Source of the DNA: Eledone cirrhosa
Taxonomy: Eukaryota
DNA length: 64,000 bases
Reading direction: 5' to 3'
NCBI GenBank assembly: GCA_964016885.1
Contig: OZ024740.1
Span: 255,688,001-255,752,000 of the forward strand
In this document: one piece after another, positions 18,410-36,600 of the stretch
Layout of the letters: the number at the start of each line of letters is the position of its first letter
How positions within the stretch are numbered: the first letter of the stretch is position 1
Notes under the pieces: generated by a model
What the model saw: the letters and a program-made list of their open reading frames with translations, nothing else
Databases searched by the model: none
Told to the model about the DNA's origin: nothing
Made by a program: the position numbers and the translations under genes

Positions 18410-21400
18410 TTAACACATGGACATAGACATACTAACACATGTACATAGACATACATTAACACATAGACATACATATACATTAACACATGTACATAGATAT
18501 GCATTAACACATAGAGATAGATATACATTAATACATGGACATAGACATACATTAACACATGTACATAGATATATATTAACACATGGACATAGACATACGT
18601 TAACACATGTACATAGATATACATTAACACATAGACATACATATACATTAACCCCTGTACATAGATATAAATTAACACATAGACATAAATATACATTAAC
18701 ACATGGACATAGACATACATTAACACATGGAGATAGATATACATGAACACATAGACATACATATACATTAACACATGTACATAGATATACATTAACACAT
18801 GGACATAGACATACATTAACACATGGACATAGACATACATTTACACATGGACATAGACATACATTAACACATGGAGATAGATATACATGAACACATAGAC
18901 ATACATATACATTAACACATGTACATAGATATACATTAACACATAGACATAGATATACATTAACACATAGACATATATATACATTAACACATGTACATAG
19001 ATATACATTAAAACATGGACATAGACATACATTAACACATGTACATAGACATACATTAACACATGGACATAGACATACATTAACAAATGGAGATAGATAT
19101 ACATGAACACATAGACATACATATACATTAACACACAGACATAGACATACATTAACACATGGACATAGACATACATTAACACATGGACACAGACATACAT
19201 TAACACATGGACATAGACATACATTAACACATGGACACAGACATACATTAACACATAAACATAGACATACATTAACACATGTACATAGACATATATTAAC
19301 ACATGTACATAGACATACATTAACACATGGACATAGACACACATTAACACATGGACATAGATATACATTAACACATGGACACAGACATACATTGACACAT
19401 GGACATAGATATACATTAACACATGTACATTGACATACATTAACACATGTACATAGACATACATTAATACATGGACGTAGAGATACATTAACACATGGAC
19501 ACAGACATACATTAACACATGGACATAGATATACATTAACACATGGACATAGACATACATTAACACATGGACATAGACATACATTAACACATGTACATAG
19601 ACATACATTAACACATGGACATAGATATACACTGACACATTGACATAGACATACATTAACACGTGTACATAGATATACATTAACACATGGACATAGACAT
19701 ACATTAACATATAGACATACATATACATTAACACATGTACATAGATATGCATTAACACATAGACATAGATATACATTAATACATGGACATAGACATACAT
19801 TAACACATGTACATAGATATATACTAACACATGGACATAGACATACATTAACACATGTACATAGATATACATTAACACATAGACATACTTATACATTAAC
19901 ACATGTACGTAGTTATAAATTAACACATATGACATAAATATACATTAACACATGGACATAGACATACATTATCACATGGAGATAGATATACATGAACACA
20001 TAGACATACATATACATTAACACATGTACATAGATATACATTAACACATAGACATAGATATACATTAACACATGGACATAGACATACATTAACACATGTA
20101 CATAGATATACATTAACACATGGACATAGACATACATTAACACATTGACATAGACATACATTAACACATGGACATAGACATACATTAACACATGGAGATA
20201 GATATACATGAGCACATAGACATACATATACATTAACACATGTACATAGATATACATTAACACATAGACATAGATATACATTAACACATAGACATATATA
20301 TACATTAACACATGTACATAGATATACATTAAAACATGGACATAGACATACATTAACACATGGACATAGACATACATTAACACATGGACATAGATATACA
20401 TTAACACATGTACATAGACATACATTAACACATGGACATAGACATACATTAACACATGGAGATAGATATACGTGAACACATAGACATACATATACATTAA
20501 CACATAGACATAGACATACATTAACACTTGGACATAGACATACATTAACACATGGACACAGACATACATTAACACATGGACATAGACATACATTAACACA
20601 TGGACACAGACATACATTAACACATGGACAGAGATATACATTAACACATGGACATAGAGATACATTAACAGATGGACAGAGATATACATTAACACATGGA
20701 CATACATATACATTAACACATGGACATAGACATACATTAACACATGGACATAGATATACATTAACACATTGACATAAGATACATTAACACATGGATATAG
20801 ACATACATTGACACATGGACATAGACATACATTAACACATGGACATAGACATACATTAACACATGGACATAGATATACATTAACACATGGACATAGACAT
20901 ACATTAACACATGGACATAGATATACATTAACACATGGACAGAGATATACATTAACACATGGACATAGAGATACATTAACAGATGGACAGAGATATACAT
21001 TAACACATGGACATACATATACATTAACACATGGACATAGACATACATTAACACATGGACATAGATATACATTAACACATGTACATAGACATACATTAAC
21101 ACATGGACATAGAGATACATGAACACATGGACATAGACATACATTAATACATGTAGATAGACATACATTAATACATGTAGATAGACATACATTAACACAT
21201 GTACATAGACATGCATTAACACATGGACATAGATATACATTAACACATGGACATAGACATACATTAACACATGAACATAGACATACATTAATACATGTAC
21301 ATAGACATACATTAACACATGGACATAGATATACACTGACACATTGAAATAGACATACATTAACACATGTACATAGATATACATTAACACATAGACATAG

Positions 21401-24400
21401 ATATACATTAACACATGGACATAGACATACATTAACACATGTACATAGACATACATTAACACATAGACATACATATACATTAACACATGTACATAGATAT
21501 GCATTAACACATAGACATAGATATACATTAATACATGGACATAGACATACATTAACACATGTACATAGATATATATTAACACATGGACATAGACATACAT
21601 TAACACATGTACATAGATATACATTAACACATAGACATACATATACATTAACACATGGACATAGACATACATTAACACATGGAGATAGATATACATGAAC
21701 ACATAGACATACATATACATTAACACATGTACATAGATATACATTAACACATAGACATAGATATACATTAACACATAGACATATATATACATTAACACAT
21801 GTACATAGATATACATTAAAACATGGACATAGACATACATTAACACATGTACATAGACATACATTAACACATGGACATAGACATACTAACACATGTACAT
21901 AGACATACATTAACACATAGACATACATATACATTAACACATGTACATAGATATGCATTAACACATAGACATAGATATACATTAATACATGGACATAGAC
22001 ATACATTAACACATGTACATAGATATATATTAACACATGGACATAGACATACATTAACACATGTACATAGATATACATTAACACATAGACATACATATAC
22101 ATTAACCCCTGTACATAGATATAAATTAACACATAGACATAAATATACATTAACACATGGACATAGACATACATTAACACATGGAGATAGATATACATGA
22201 ACACATAGACATACATATACATTAACACATGTATATAGATATACATTAACACATGGACATAGACATACATTAACACATGGACATAGACATACATTTACAC
22301 ATGGACATAGACATACATTAACACATGGAGATAGATATACATGAACACATAGACATACATATACATTAACACATGTACATAGATATACATTAACACATAG
22401 ACATAGATATACATTAACACATAGACATATATATACATTAACACATGTACATAGATATACATTAAAACATGGACATAGACATACATTAACACATGTACAT
22501 AGACATACATTAACACATGGACATAGACATACATTAACAAATGGAGATAGATATACATGAACACATAGACATACATATACATTAACACACAGACATAGAC
22601 ATACATTAACACATGGACATAGACATACATTAACACATGGACACAGACATACATTAACACATGGACATAGACATACATTAACACATGGACACAGACATAC
22701 ATTAACACATAAACATAGACATACATTAACACATGTACATAGACATATATTAACACATGTACATAGACATACATTAACACATGGACATAGACACACATTA
22801 ACACATGGACATAGATATACATTAACACATGGACACAGACATACATTGACACATGGACATAGATATACATTAACACATGTACATAGACATACATTAACAC
22901 ATGTACATAGACATACATTAATACATGGACGTAGAGATACATTAACACATGGACACAGACATACATTAACACATGGACATAGATATACATTAACACATGG
23001 ACATAGACATACATTAACACATGGACATAGACATACATTAACACATGTACATAGACATACATTAACACATGGACATAGATATACACTGACACATTGACAT
23101 AGACATACATTAACACGTGTACATAGATATACATTAACACATGGACATAGACATACATTAACATATAGACATACATATACATTAACACATGTACATAGAT
23201 ATGCATTAACACATAGACATAGATATACATTAATACATGGACATAGACATACATTAACACATGTACATAGATATATACTAACACATGGACATAGACATAC
23301 ATTAACACATGTACATAGATATACATTAACACATAGACATACTTATACATTAACACATGTACGTAGTTATAAATTAACACATATGACATAAATATACATT
23401 AACACATGGACATAGACATACATTATCACATGGAGATAGATATACATGAACACATAGACATACATATACATTAACACATGTACATAGATATACATTAACA
23501 CATAGACATAGATATACATTAACACATGGACATAGACATACATTAACACATGTACATAGATATACATTAACACATGGACATAGACATACATTAACACATT
23601 GACATAGACATACATTAACACATGGACATAGACATACATTAACACATGGAGATAGATATACATGAACACATAGACATACATATACATTAACACATGTACA
23701 TAGATATACATTAACACATAGACATAGATATACATTAACACATAGACATATATATACATTAACACATGTACATAGATATACATTAAAACATGGACATAGA
23801 CATACATTAACACATGGACATAGACATACATTAACACATGGACATAGATATACATTAACACATGTACATAGACATACATTAACACATGGACATAGACATA
23901 CATTAACACATGGAGATAGATATACGTGAACACATAGACATACATATACATTAACACATAGACATAGACATACATTAACACTTGGACATAGACATACATT
24001 AACACATGGACACAGACATACATTAACACATGGACATAGACATACATTAACACATGGACACAGACATACATTAACACATGGACAGAGATATACATTAACA
24101 CATGGACATAGAGATACATTAACAGATGGACAGAGATATACATTAACACATGGACATACATATACATTAACACATGGACATAGACATACATTAACACATG
24201 GACATAGATATACATTAACACATTGACATAAGATACATTAACACATGGATATAGACATACATTGACACATGGACATAGACATACATTAACACATGGACAT
24301 AGACATACATTAACACATGGACATAGATATACATTAACACATGGACATAGACATACATTAACACATGGACATAGATATACATTAACACATGGACAGAGAT

Positions 24401-25105
24401 ATACATTAACACATGGACATAGAGATACATTAACAGATGGACAGAGATATACATTAACACATGGACATACATATACATTAACACATGGACATAGACATAC
24501 ATTAACACATGGACATAGATATACATTAACACATGTACATAGACATACATTAACACATGGACATAGAGATACATTAACACATGGACATAGACATACATTA
24601 ATACATGTAGATAGACATACATTAATACATGTAGATAGACATACATTAACACATGTACATAGACATGCATTAACACATGGACATAGATATACATTAACAC
24701 ATGGACATAGACATACATTAACACATGAACATAGACATACATTAATACATGTACATAGACATACATTAACACATGGACATAGATATACACTGACACATTG
24801 ACATAGACATACATTAACACATGTACATAGATATACATTAACACATAGACATAGATATACATTAACACATGGACATAGACATACATTAACACATGTACAT
24901 AGACATACATTAACACATAGACATACATATACATTAACACATGTACATAGATATGCATTAACACATAGACATAGATATACATTAATACATGGACATAGAC
25001 ATACATTAACACATGTACATAGATATATATTAACACATGGACATAGACATACATTAACACATGTACATAGATATACATTAACACATAGACATACATATAC
25101 ATTAA
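18410..25105. repeat. Near-tandem duplication, period 3454 bp (144 monomers): ~18410-21650 and ~21864-25105
   Basis: ORF pairs 18417/21871, 18841/22295, 20761/24215 and 20808/24262 are all offset by 3454 = 144 x 24 - 2 (indels -2, +1, -1). Shared private variants: CATACTTATAC, GTACGTAGTTATAAAT, ATTATCACATGGAG. Confidence 0.92.
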
Positions 25106-28100
25106 CCCCTGTACATAGATATAAATTAACACATAGACATAAATATACATTAACACATGGACATAGACATACATTAACACATGGAGATAGATATACATGA
25201 ACACATAGACATACATATACATTAACACATGGACATAGATATACATTAACACATGTACATAGACATACATTAACACATGGACATAGACATACATTAACAA
25301 ATGGAGATAGATATACATGAACACATAGACATACATATACATTAACACACAGACATAGACATACATTAACACATGGACATAGACATACATTAACACATGG
25401 ACATAGACATACATTAACACATGGACACAGACATACATTAACACATAAACATAGACATACATTAACACATGTACATAGACATATATTAACACATGTACAT
25501 AGACATACATTAACACATGGACATAGACACACATTAACACATGGACATAGATATACATTAACACATGGACACAGACATACATTGAAACATGGACATAGAT
25601 ATACATTAACACATGTACATAGACATACATTAACACATGGACATAGACATACATTAACACATGTACATAGACATACATTAATACATGGACGTAGAGATAC
25701 ATTAACACATGGACACAGACATACATTAACACATGGACATAGATATACATTAACACATGGACATAGACATACATTAACACATGGACATAGACATACAGTA
25801 ACACATGTACATAGACATACATTAACACATGGACACAGACATTCATTAACACATGGACATAGACATACATTAACACATGGACATAGAAATACATTAACAC
25901 ATGGACATAGACATACATTAACACATGGACATAGAGATACATTAATACATGGACATAGACATACATTAATACATGTAGATAGACATACATTAACACATAT
26001 ACATAGACATGCATTAACACATGGACATAGACATACATTAACACATGTACATAGACATACATTAACACATGGACATAGATATACACTGACACATTGACAT
26101 AGACATACATTAACACGTGTACATAGATATACATTAACACATAGACATAGATATACATTAACACATGGACATAGACATACATTAACATATAGACATACAT
26201 ATACATTAACACATGTACATAGATATGCATTAACACATAGACATAGATATACATTAATACATGGAGATAGATATACATGAACACATAGACATACATATAC
26301 ATTAACACATGTACATAGATATACATTAACACATGGACATAGACATACATTAACACATGGACATAGACATATATTTACACATGGACATAGACATACATTA
26401 ACACATGGAGATAGATATACATGAACACATAGACATACATATACATTAACACATGTACATAGATATACATTAACACATAGACATAGATATACATTAACAC
26501 ATAGACATATATATACATTAACACATGTACATAGATATACATTAAAACATGGACATAGACATACATTAACACATGGACATAGACATACATTAACACATGG
26601 ACACAGACATACATTAACACATGGACATAGACATACATTAACACATGGACACAGACATACATTAACACATGGACATAGACATACATTAACACATGGACAC
26701 AGACATACATTAACACATAGACATAGACATACATTAACACATGGAGATAGATATACATGAACACATGGACATAGATATACATTAACACATGTACATAGAC
26801 ATACATTAACACTTGGACATAGACATACATTAACACATGGAGATAGATATACATGAACACATAGACATACATATACATTAACACACAGACATAGACATAC
26901 ATTAACACATGGACATAGACATACATTAACACATGGACACAGACATACATTAACACATGGACATAGACATACATTAACACATGGACACAGACATACATTA
27001 ACACATAGACATAGACATATATTAACACATGTACATAGACATATATTAACACATGTACATAGACATACATTAACACATGGACATAGACACACATTAACAC
27101 ATGGACATAGATATACATTAACACATGGACACAGACATACATTGACACATGGACATAGATATACATTAACACATGTACATAGACATACATTAACACATGG
27201 ACATAGACATACATTAACACATGTACATAGACATACATTAATACATGGACGTAGAGATACATTAACACATGGACACAGACATACATTAACACATGGACAT
27301 TGACATACATTAACACATGGACATAGATATACATTAACACATGGACATACAAATACATTAACACATGGATATAGACATACATTAACACATGGAAACAGAC
27401 ATACATTAACACATGGACATAGACATACATTAACACATGGACATAGACATACATTAACACATGGACATAGACATAGATTAACACATGGACACAGACATAC
27501 ATTAACACATGGACACAGACATACATTAACAAATGGACATAGACATACATTAACACATGGACACAGTCATACACTAACACATAGACATTGACATACATTA
27601 ACACATGTACATAGATATACATTAACACATAGACATAGATATACATTAACACATGGACATAGACATACATTAACACATGGACATAGACATAGATTAACAC
27701 ATGGACACAGACATACATTAACGCATGGACACAGACATACATTAAAAAATGGACATAGACATACATTAACACATGGACACAGTCATACACTAACACATAG
27801 ACATTGACATACATTAACACATGTACATAGATATACATTAACACATAGACATAGACATACATTAACACATGGACATAGAGATACATTAACACATGGACAT
27901 AGACATACATTAATACACGTAGATAGACATACATTAACACATGTACATAGACATGCATTAACACATGGACATAGACATACATTAACATATGTACATAGAC
28001 ATACATTAACACATGGACACAGACATACATTAACACATGGACATAGACATACATTAATACATGGACATAGAAATACATTAACACATGGGCATAGACATAC

Positions 28101-28514
28101 ATTAACACATGGACATAGAGATACATTAACACATGGACATAGATATACATTAATACATGTAGATAGACATACATTAACACATGTACATAGACATGCATTA
28201 ACACATGGACATAGATATACATTAACACATGGACATAGACATACATTAACACATGAACATAGACATACATTAACACATGTACATAGACATACATTAACAC
28301 ATGGACATAGATATACACTGACACATTGACATAGACATACATTAACACATGGACATAGACATACATTAACACATGGACATAGATATACACTGACACATTG
28401 ACATAGACATACATTAACACATGGACATAGACATACATTAACACATGGACATAGATATACATTAATACATGTAGATAGACATACATTAACACATGTACAT
28501 AGACATGCATTAAC

Positions 28515-31500
28515 ACATAGACATATATATAAATTAACACATGTACATAGATATACATTAAAACATGGACATAGATATAAATTAACACATGGACATAGAC
28601 ATACATTAACACATGGACATAGATATACATTAACACATGTACATAGACATACATTAACACATGGACATAGACATACATTAACACATGGAGATAGATATAC
28701 ATGAACACATAGATATACATATACATTAACACACAGACATAGACATACATTAACACATGGACATAGACATACATTAACACATGGATACAGACATACATTA
28801 ACACATGGACATAGACATACATTAACACATGGACACAGACATACATTAACACATGTACATAGACATACATTAACACATGTACATAGAAATATATTAACAC
28901 ATGTACATAGACATACATTAACACATGGACATATACACACATTAACACATGGACATAGATATACATTAACACATGGACACAGACATATATTGACACATGG
29001 ACATAGATATACATTAACACATGTACATAGACATACATTAACACATGGACATAGACATACATTAACACATGTACATAGATATGTATTAATACATGGACGT
29101 AGAGATACATTAACACATGGACACAGACATACATTAACACATGGACGTAGATATACATTAACACATGGACATAGACATACATTAACACATGGACATAGAG
29201 ATACATTACCACATGGACACAGACATACATTAACACATGGACATTGACATACATTAACACATGGACATAGATATACATTAACACATGGACATACATATAC
29301 ATTAACACATGGACATAGACATACATTAACACATGGAAACAGACATACATTAACACATGGACATAGACATACATTAACACATGGACATAGACATACATTA
29401 ACACATGGACATAGGCATAGATTAACACATGGACACAGACATACATTAACACATGGACACAGACATACATTAACAAATGGACATAGACATACATTAACAC
29501 ATGGACACAGTCATACACTAACACATAGACATTGACATACTTTAACACATGTACATAGATATACATTAACACATAGACATAGATAAACATTAACACATGA
29601 ACATAGACATACATTAACACATGTACATAGACATACATTAACACATAAACATACATATACATTAACACATGGACACAGACATACATTAACACATGGACAT
29701 AGACATACATTAACAAATGTACATAGAGATACATTAATACGTGGACATAGACATACATTAACACATGTACATAGACATACATTAACACATGTACATAGAC
29801 ATATATTAACACATGTACATGGATATAATTTAACACATGTACATAGACATACATTAACACATGGACACAGACATACATTAACACATGGACACAGACATAC
29901 ATTAATACATGGACATAGGCATACATTAACACATGGACATAGACATACATTAACAGATGTACATAGACATACATTAACACATGGACACAGTCATACACTA
30001 ACACATGGACATTGACATACGTTAACACATGGATATAGATATACATTAACACATGGACATACATATACATTAACACATGGACATAGACATACATTAACAC
30101 ATGGACATAGATATACACTAACACATTAACATAGACATACATTAACACATGTACATAGATATACATTAACACATAGACATAGATATACATTAACACATGA
30201 ACATAGACATACATTAACACATGTACATAGACATACATTAACACATGGACATAGATATACACTGACACATTGACATAGACATACATTAACACATGTACAT
30301 AGATATACATTAACACATAGACATAGATATACATTATAACATGGACATAGACATACATTAACACATGTACATAGATATATATTAACACATGGACATAGAC
30401 ATACATTAACACATGTACATAGATATACATTAACACATAGATATACATATACATTAACCCCTGTACATAGATATAAATTAACACATAGACATAAATATAC
30501 ATTAACACATGGCCATAGACATACATTAACACATGGAGATAGATATACATGAACACATAGACATACATATACATTAACACATGTACATAGATATACATTA
30601 ACACATGGACACAGACATACATTAACACATGGACATAGATATACATTAACACATGGACATAGACATACATTAACACATGGACATAGAGATACATTCCCAC
30701 ATGGACACAGACATACATTAATACACGTAGATAGACATACATTAACACATGTACATAGACATGCATTAACACATGGACATAGACATACATTAACATATGT
30801 ACATAGACATACATTAACACATGGACACAGACATACATTAACACATGGACATAGACATACATTAACACATGGACATAGAAATACATTAACACATGGGCAT
30901 AGACATACATTAACACATGGACATAGAGATACATTAATACATGTAGATAGACATACATTAACACATGTACATAGACATGCATTAACACATGGACATAGAT
31001 ATACATTAACACATGTACATAGACATACATTAACACATGAACATAGACATACATTAACACATGTACATAGACATACATTAACACATGGACATAGATATAC
31101 ACTGACACATTGACATAGACATACATTAACACATGTACATAGATATACATTAACACATAGACATAGATATACATTAACACATAGACATATATATAAATTA
31201 ACACATGTACATAGATATACATTAAAACATGGACATAGATATAAATTAACACATGGACATAGACATACATTAACACATGGACATAGATATACATTAACAC
31301 ATGTACATAGACATACATTAACACATGGACATAGACATACATTAACACATGGAGATAGATATACATGAACACATAGACATACATATACATTAACACACAG
31401 ACATAGACATACATTAACACATGGACATAGACATACATTAACACATGGATACAGACATACATTAACACATGGACATAGACATACATTAACACATGGACAC

Positions 31501-33379
31501 AGACATACATTAACACATGTACATAGACATACATTAACACATGTACATAGAAATATATTAACACATGTACATAGACATACATTAACACATGGACATAGAC
31601 ACACATTAACACATGGACATAGATATACATTAACACATGGACACAGACATATATTGACACATGGACATAGATATACATTAACACATGTACATAGACATAC
31701 ATTAACACATGGACATAGACATACATTAACACATGTACATAGATATGTATTAATACATGGACGTAGAGATACATTAACACATGGACACAGACATACATTA
31801 ACACATGGACATAGATATACATTAACACATGGACATAGACATACATTAACACATGGACATAGAGATACATTACCACATGGACACAGACATACATTAACAC
31901 ATGGACATTGACATACATTAACACATGGACATAGATATACATTAACACATGGACATACATATACATTAACACATGGACATAGACATACATTAACACATGG
32001 AAACAGACATACATTAACACATGGACATAGACATACATTAACACATGGACATAGACATACATTAACACATGGACATAGGCATAGATTAACACATGGACAC
32101 AGACATACATTAACACATGGACACAGACATACATTAACAAATGGACATAGACATACATTAACACATGGACACAGTCATACACTAACACATAGACATTGAC
32201 ATACTTTAACACATGTACATAGATATACATTAACACATAGACATAGATATACATTAACACATGAACATAGACATACATTAACACATGTACATAGACATAC
32301 ATTAACACATAAACATACATATACATTAACACATGGACACAGACATACATTAACACATGGACATAGACATACATTAACAAATGTACATAGAGATACATTA
32401 ATACGTGGACATAGACATACATTAACACATGTACATAGACATACATTAACACATGTACATAGACATATATTAACACATGTACATGGATATAATTTAACAC
32501 ATGTACATAGACATACATTAACACATGGACACAGACATACATTAACACATGGACACAGACATACATTAACACATGGACATAGGCATACATTAACACATGG
32601 ACATAGACATACATTAACAGATGTACATAGACATACATTAACACATGGACACAGTCATACACTAACACATGGACATTGACATACGTTAACACATGGATAT
32701 AGATATACATTAACACATGGACATACATATACATTAACACATGGACATAGACATACATTAACACATGGACATAGATATACACTAACACATTAACATAGAC
32801 ATACATTAACACATGTACATAGATATACATTAACACATAGACATAGATATACATTAACACATGAACATAGACATACATTAACACATGTACATAGACATAC
32901 ATTAACACATGGACATAGATATACACTGACACATTGACATAGACATACATTAACACATGTACATAGATATACATTAACACATAGACATAGATATACATTA
33001 ACACATGGACATAGACATACATTAACACATGTACATAGATATATATTAACACATGGACATAGACTTACATTAACACATGTACATAGATATACATTAACAC
33101 ATAGATATACATATACATTAACCCCTGTACATAGATATAAATTAACACATAGACATAAATATACATTAACACATGGCCATAGACATACATTAACACATGG
33201 AGATAGATATACATGAACACATAGACATACATATACATTAACACATGTACATAGATATACATTAACACATGGACACAGACATACATTAACACATGGACAT
33301 AGATATACATTAACACATGGACATAGACATACATTAACACATGGACATAGAGATACATTCCCACATGGACACATACATA
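28515..33379. repeat. Near-tandem duplication, period 2664 bp (111 monomers): ~28515-30715 and ~31179-33379
   Basis: ORFs 28990/31654 and 30126/32790 are offset by 2664. Shared variants: GATATGTATTAAT, CATACTTTAAC, GAAATATATT, GGCCATAG, TTCCCACATG. Confidence 0.9.
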
Positions 33380-33649
33380 CATTAACACATGGACATTGAC
33401 ATACATTAACACATGGACATAGATATACATTAACACATGGACATACATATACATTAACACATGGACATAGACATACATTAACACATGGAAACAGACACAC
33501 ATTAACACATGGACATAGACATACATTAACACATGGACATAGACATACATTAAAACATGGACATAGACATAGATTAACACATGGACACAGACATACATTA
33601 ACACATGGACACAGACATACATTAACAAATGGACATATACATACATTAA

Positions 33650-36600
33650 CACATGGACATAGACATACATTAACAGATGTACATAGACATACATTAACAC
33701 ATGGACACAGTCATACACTAACACATGGACATTGACATACGTTAACACATGGATATAGATATACATTAACACATGGACATACATATACATTAACACATGG
33801 ACATAGACATACATTAACACATGGACATAGATATACACTAACACATTAACATAGACATACATTAACACATGTACATAGATATACATTAACACATAGACAT
33901 AGATATACATTAACACATGAACATAGACATACATTAACACATGTACATAGACATACATTAACACATGGACATAGATATACACTGACACATTGACATAGAC
34001 ATACATTAACACATGTACATAGATATACATTAACACATAGACATAGATATACATTAACACATGGACATAGACATACTAACACATGTACATAGACATACAT
34101 TAACACATAGACATACATATACATTATCACATGTACATAGATATGCATTAACACATAGACATAGATATACATTAATACATGGACATAGACATACATTAAC
34201 ACATGTACATAGATATATATTAACACATGGACATAGACATACATTAACACATGTACATAGATATACATTAACACATAGACATACATATACATTAACCCCT
34301 GTACATAGATATAAATTAACACATAGACATAAATATACATTAACACATGGACATAGACATACATTAACACATGGAGATAGATATACATGAACACATAGAC
34401 ATACATATACATTAACACATGTACATAGATATACATTAACACATGGACATAGACATACATTAACACATGGACATAGACATACATTTACACATGGACATAG
34501 ACATACATTAACACATGGAGATAGATATACATGAACACATAGACATACATATACATTAACACATGTACATAGATATACATTAACACATAGACATAGATAT
34601 ACATTAACACATAGACATATATATACATTAACACATGTACATAGATATACATTAAAACATGGACATAGACATGCATTAACACATGGACATAGACATACAT
34701 TAACACATGGACACAGACATACATTAACACATGGACATAGACATACATTAACACATGGACACAGACATACATTAACACATAGTCATAGACATACATTAAC
34801 ACATGGAGATAGATATACATGAACACATGGACATAGATATACATTAACACATGTACATAGACATACATTAACACTTGGACATAGACATACATTAACACAT
34901 GGAGATAGATATACATGAACACATAGACATACATATACATTAACACACAGACATAGACATACATTAACACATGGACATAGACATACATTAACACATGGAC
35001 ACAGACATACATTAACACATGGACATAGACATACATTAACACATGGACACAGACATACATTAACACATAGACATAGACATACATTAACACATGTACATAG
35101 ACATATATTAACACATGTACATAGACATACATTAACACATGGACATAGACACACATTAACACATGGACATAGATATACATTAACACATGGACACAGACAT
35201 ACATTGACACATGGACATAGATATACATTAACACATGTACATAGACATACATTAACACATGGACATAGACATACATTAACACATGTACATAGACATACAT
35301 TAATACATGGACGTAGAGATACATTAACACATGGACACAGACATACATTAACACATGGACATTGACATACATTAACACATGGACAAAGATATACATTAAC
35401 ACATGGACATACAAATACATTAACACATGGATATAGACATACATTAACACATGGAAACAGACATACATTAACACATGGACATAGACATACATTAACACAT
35501 GGACATAGACATACATTAACACATGGACATAGACATAGATTAACACATGGACACAGACATACATTAACACATGGACACAGACATACATTAACAAATGGAC
35601 ATAGACATACATTAACACATGGACACAGTCATACACTAACACATAGACATTGACATACATTAACACATGTACACAGATATACATTAACACATAGACATAG
35701 ATATACATTAACACATGGACATAGACATACATTAACACATGGACATAGACATAGATTAACACATGGACACAGACATACATTAACACATGGACACAGACAT
35801 ACATTAAAAAATGGACATAGACATACATTAACACATGGACACAGTCATACACTAACACATAGACATTGACATACATTAACACATGTACATAGATATACAT
35901 TAACACATAGACATAGACATACATTAACACATGGACATAGAGATACATTAACACATGGACATAGACATACATTAATACATGTAGATAGACATACATTAAC
36001 ACATGTACATAGACATGCATTAACACATGGACATAGACATACATTAACATATGTACATAGACATACATTAACACATGGACACAGACATACATTAACACAT
36101 GGACATAGACATACGTTAACACATGGACATAGAAATACATTAACACATGGGCATAGACATACATTAACACATGGACATAGAGATACATTAACACATGGAC
36201 ATAGATATACATTAATACATGTAGATAGACATACATTAACACATGTACATAGACATGCATTAACACATGGACATAGATATACATTAACACATGGACATAG
36301 ACATACAGTAACACATGAACATAGACATACATTAACACATGTACATAGACATACATTAACACATGGACATAGATATACACTGACACATTGACATAGACAT
36401 ACATTAACACATGTACATAGATATACATTAACACATAGACATAGATATACATTAACACATAGACATATATATAAATTAACACATGTACATAGATATACAT
36501 TAAAACATGGACATAGACATAAATTAACACATGGACATAGACATACATTAACACATGGACATAGATATACATTAACACATGTACATAGACATACATTAAC

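Noticed and set aside
18417-18746. Recurrent 109-aa 'MDIDILTH...' and other His-rich plus-strand ORFs as a gene family or metal-binding peptides
   Set aside because: The start is created by the 2-bp deletion monomer shifting a repeat ATG into the HTLTHGHR frame. The recurrence simply reflects higher-order duplication.
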